Source: an uncultured delta proteobacterium (lineage in GTDB: Bacteria > Myxococcota > Myxococcia > Myxococcales > Anaeromyxobacteraceae). Taken from it: a DNA stretch of 64,000 bases. The number at the start of each line of letters is the position of its first letter. Positions within the stretch are counted from its first letter, which is position 1. The stretch lies in assembly GCA_963814585.1 (NCBI GenBank), contig CAWFDF010000008.1, positions 192,001 to 256,000 of the forward strand, written 5' to 3'. Positions 60,993 through 64,000 of the stretch are shown here, piece by piece. The notes below the pieces were generated by a model. It saw nothing but the letters and a program-made list of their open reading frames with translations, had not been told where the DNA came from and searched no databases. The position numbers and the translations under genes were made by a program.

Positions 60993-62784
60993 TCATCCGA
61001 CTGCTCCCTTCGCCGGCGGCGGCGCGGCAGGCTGCTTCGCCGGGCTCCTGGCGCGAAGCCGCGGCACCAGGATGAGCGCCAGCCCGTAGAGGCCGAACGA
61101 CACGAACAGCGTCGCCGGCCGCCCGCTCGGCAGGTCCTCCAGCAGGACCTTGAGCCCGGTCGCGACCAGCACCGGGTAGGCCAGCCAGCCAGCCTCGCGC
61201 CAGGCTTCCCGCCGTCCCGCCCACGCCAGCAGCAGCGTCCCGGCCACCAGCACCATGGTCCGCACCGCCGCCACCTCGCCGCGGCCGGCCTCGACGCCCC
61301 GTCCTCCCGTCACCAGGGGGACCAGCAGCCAGATGAGCAAGCCGGCGGCGCCCACCGCCGCCACGGCCACCACCGCGAGCTGCGGGAGGCGCGAGGCCGG
61401 CGTGCGACGGTCGCCGGCCGGGCCGCGCGAACCGAGCCAGGCACAGGCGCCGGCCGCGAGCATGGCGACGGAGGTGGCGCCGATCGGCGCCGTCCAGGCC
61501 TGCGCCGCCGGGGTGAAGAGGGCGTCGGAGGCCACCGGGAGCAGTCGGGCCATCACGGCGGCGCCGACCGCGTAGGTCGCGGCGTGGGCGGCCACCGTGC
61601 GCCGGCCGAGCGGTCCGGCCAGCACCGCGGCGACGACGGCCAGCACGCTCCAGGTGAGCCCGAGCTGGGGACCGTCGAGCAGGATGATGGTCCCCGACGC
61701 GACCAGCAACAGGGCCACGGCGGCGTAGAACGGGAAGTTGGCCCGATCCTGCTCCCGCTTCTCGCGGAAGGCGAAGGCGACGCCGTAGGCGGCCAGGCCG
61801 AGCACCGTCGCCGCGGCGCCGAAGGCGATGGCGCTGGCGACTGCCACCCGGGGTGCGCGCCGCCACGTAGGCCGCGCCGCCCAGCCCCGCCGCCACGCTG
61901 CCCACGGTCTGGACCACCTCGAACGGCACCACGGCGCGGTGCATGAGCAGCGTCCGGGCGGCGAAGCTGGCCTGGTAGGCCGCCAGGATGAGCGCCTGGA
62001 TCAGCAGGGCCATGCCCGGCCCCTCCACGGCGTCCGGCGCGACGGCCCGGATGGCCAGCCCCAGCACCGCCAGGTCGACGATCACCGCGGTGGGCCAGCG
62101 AAGCCCGTGCCAGTCGAGGACGTAGGCCAGCCAGAGCGTCTCGAAGCCGAGCAGGAGGAGGAAGAGCGTGCCGGGGACCATGCGGCCTGCCAGCAGCATC
62201 AGGGCCAGGGCGGTGAAGATGCTCCCCACCGTGGCCATCCACGCCAGCGGCTGCATCCGCCGTCGCGCGGCGACGGCGAGCAGCGCCGTGGTGACCAGCG
62301 CCAGCGCGGCGCCAGCGGCCGCGGGGCCGAGGAGCTTGAACTTCGACGCCGCCTCGAAGAGGAGCGGGAAGGCGATGATCAGCGCCGAGAAGCCGTGGAC
62401 GCCGGCGCTCAGCGCGTGGCCGGCCCGGGCGGAGCGGTCGGCCACGGCGATCCAGGTGGCGGCGTAGGCGAAGCCGAGCGCCACGCCGAGCCAGCCCGGG
62501 ATGGCGCCAGAGTCGGTCACCGCCCGCAGCACGAAGGCGCCGGCCAGCACGAGGAGCGTGCGGCCACCGAGGGAGAGGGAGGCCCCGACCAGGCCGCCCT
62601 CGGGAACCGGCAGGGCCATCCCCTCTCCGCCGGCCGCCTCCTCGGCGCGCCGGACCCGCCTCACGGCCGGGGCCGCCACCGCGGGCCGGTGCGCCTCGAG
62701 CGCCGCGAGGCGGCCGCCGAGACGAGCCACCTCCTCCGAGAGTGCCGCCACCTTCGCCTCGAGTTCAGCCGTCCGATCGGACAC
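60993..62784 (-). pseudogene. Polytopic membrane protein (DUF2339-like) split by an apparent frameshift near 61850
   Basis: GTG 62784, coiled coil then many TM helices up to ..AAYVAART; TM helices continue in ORF 60993..61847 (WLAYPVLV..GLKVLLEDL..GRP). Confidence 0.68.
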
Positions 62785-63089
62785 GAGTTCCTCCCCGCCA
62801 CGAGACCGAAGCCCTTGATGGTGCGGCAGCAGACCACACGTGGCGGGATGTCGCAGCAGCGAAGTTCCAGCCGGAGGGGCCGGCGGAGCTCGTCGAGGCC
62901 CGTCCGGATGCGATGAAAGGCCCTGTTCATGCGGTATCCCGTGGCCAGGGCGGGCTCGCCACGACCCGGTCGATACCAGCCCCGGTCCACCGGCGGCCGG
63001 AACCGGAACTTGCTCTACGTCAATCGCCGTGACGGCCGGGCCTGCCGATTCACCGGCGGTCAGGTGGCCGGCGAGGCGCACGCCGCCCG

Positions 63090-64000
63090 TCAGCCGCCGA
63101 GGAGCTTCTTCAGCGCCTTCTTGGCGTCCTGCTCGAGCTTCCTCTTCGCGGCGTCGGCCTCCTCCTTGGCCCGCTGCTTCGCCGCGGCGGCCTCCTCCTC
63201 CACGCCCTCCCTGGCGGCCGGCTGCGGGTCGCGCTGGTGCCCGAACACCCTCCCGATGGCCTGGGCCCCCATGCTCTGCGCCAGCGACTTCACCGCCGGC
63301 CCCACGTCGAGCCCGGCGAGGCGCGGGCTCCAGGCCTTGCCCACCAGCCTGAAGGCGAAGGGGAGCGGGGCGCCGGGCCGGGCCTTGCCGCCGGTGAGCT
63401 CGGCGACCACGTCCGGAGCGAGCGAGAGGGTCGCCGGCATGTCGAGCTCGCCGTCGAAGGAGAAGGTTCCCTGCACCGTCAAGGTGGAGCCGCGGTCCAC
63501 CACCTCGATCGGCCGCTGGAGCAGCGCCTTCCCACCCTGGATCCGGAGGGAGAACGGCAGGACCTTCCCCAGCGAGGTGGTCCCACCCCTGGTGACGCGC
63601 CCCTGGATCGACGGGATGGCCTTCACCACGGGGTCCATGACCGAGGCGACCAGGTCCTTGCCGCGGAAGACGCCGTCGAGGAGCTTCCCGTCGAGCGTGC
63701 CATCGAGCGCCTTCAGGATGGCGTCGGTCCCCTCCCCCTTCCCGGTGAGCTGCACCTCGGCGTCGAGCCGGGCCTCGGCGACCTTCTGGTCGGTGAAGGC
63801 GGCCAGCAGGTCGGCGAGCTGCACCTGGGCGGCGCGCGCCTTCAGCCGGAACGGGTGGTCGGCGGGCGCCAGGCGGACCTGCGTGCCGGCCAGGTCGATG
63901 GTCCCCGCCCAGATCCCGAAGCGCGCCTCCTCCAGGTCGATCTGGTCCTCCTTCACCACCGCCCGGGCGCGCACGTCGCCGAGGCGCTGCCTCCGGGCGG
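63090..64000 (-). CDS. AsmA-family protein, C-terminal part (5' end outside window)
   Basis: Beta-taco-like strands, L.G.G...DAILKALDG, DG.F.GKDL, LPF.FRL.G...SP, charged tail KKALKKLLGG. Confidence 0.7.
   Translation of the reverse strand, partial: ARRQRLGDVRARAVVKEDQIDLEEARFGIWAGTIDLAGTQVRLAPADHPFRLKARAAQVQLADLLAAFTDQKVAEARLDAEVQLTGKGEGTDAILKALDGTLDGKLLDGVFRGKDLVASVMDPVVKAIPSIQGRVTRGGTTSLGKVLPFSLRIQGGKALLQRPIEVVDRGSTLTVQGTFSFDGELDMPATLSLAPDVVAELTGGKARPGAPLPFAFRLVGKAWSPRLAGLDVGPAVKSLAQSMGAQAIGRVFGHQRDPQPAAREGVEEEAAAAKQRAKEEADAAKRKLEQDAKKALKKLLGG

Noticed and set aside
62790..63089. 300-bp intergenic region as ncRNA or riboswitch
   Set aside because: No recognisable conserved motif, terminator or -24/-12 element by eye; a covariance-model search would be needed

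Overview
Very GC-rich bacterial chromosomal window, most consistent with an Anaeromyxobacter-like Myxococcota genome (inferred from gene content such as the globin-coupled kinase, HEAT/HD pair, tRNA-Sec and c-type cytochromes; not a database result). Much of it is housekeeping: modABC, tRNA-Met, mlaEFD, M16 peptidases, 5'-nucleotidase, tRNA-Sec, dodecin, speA, kbl-tdh, pepN/map, icd-mdh, ribA, dac. The most unusual part is an ~10.5 kb redox/signalling island (37.2-47.8 kb). Two paralogous di-haem-c sensor kinases (one apparently a pseudokinase) bracket an archaemetzincin protease, a sigma54 activator and two sigma54 operons with a duplicated 73-bp enhancer at identical spacing. Those operons encode a small Cys4 protein, a HybA/HybB (HmcB/HmcC)-like quinone module with no catalytic subunit, a trihaem c7 cytochrome, and two membrane-anchored glycine-cleavage-H-like proteins that both lack the lipoyl-lysine. 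Other highlights: a five-copy MITE-like family (one copy in frame inside an ORF), a MetX-homoserine dehydrogenase fusion, an FNR-like regulator with candidate target boxes, a second catalytic-subunit-less cytochrome/NrfC/NrfD module, and three apparent single frameshifts that may be assembly errors. All calls come from manual motif recognition; no searches were run.
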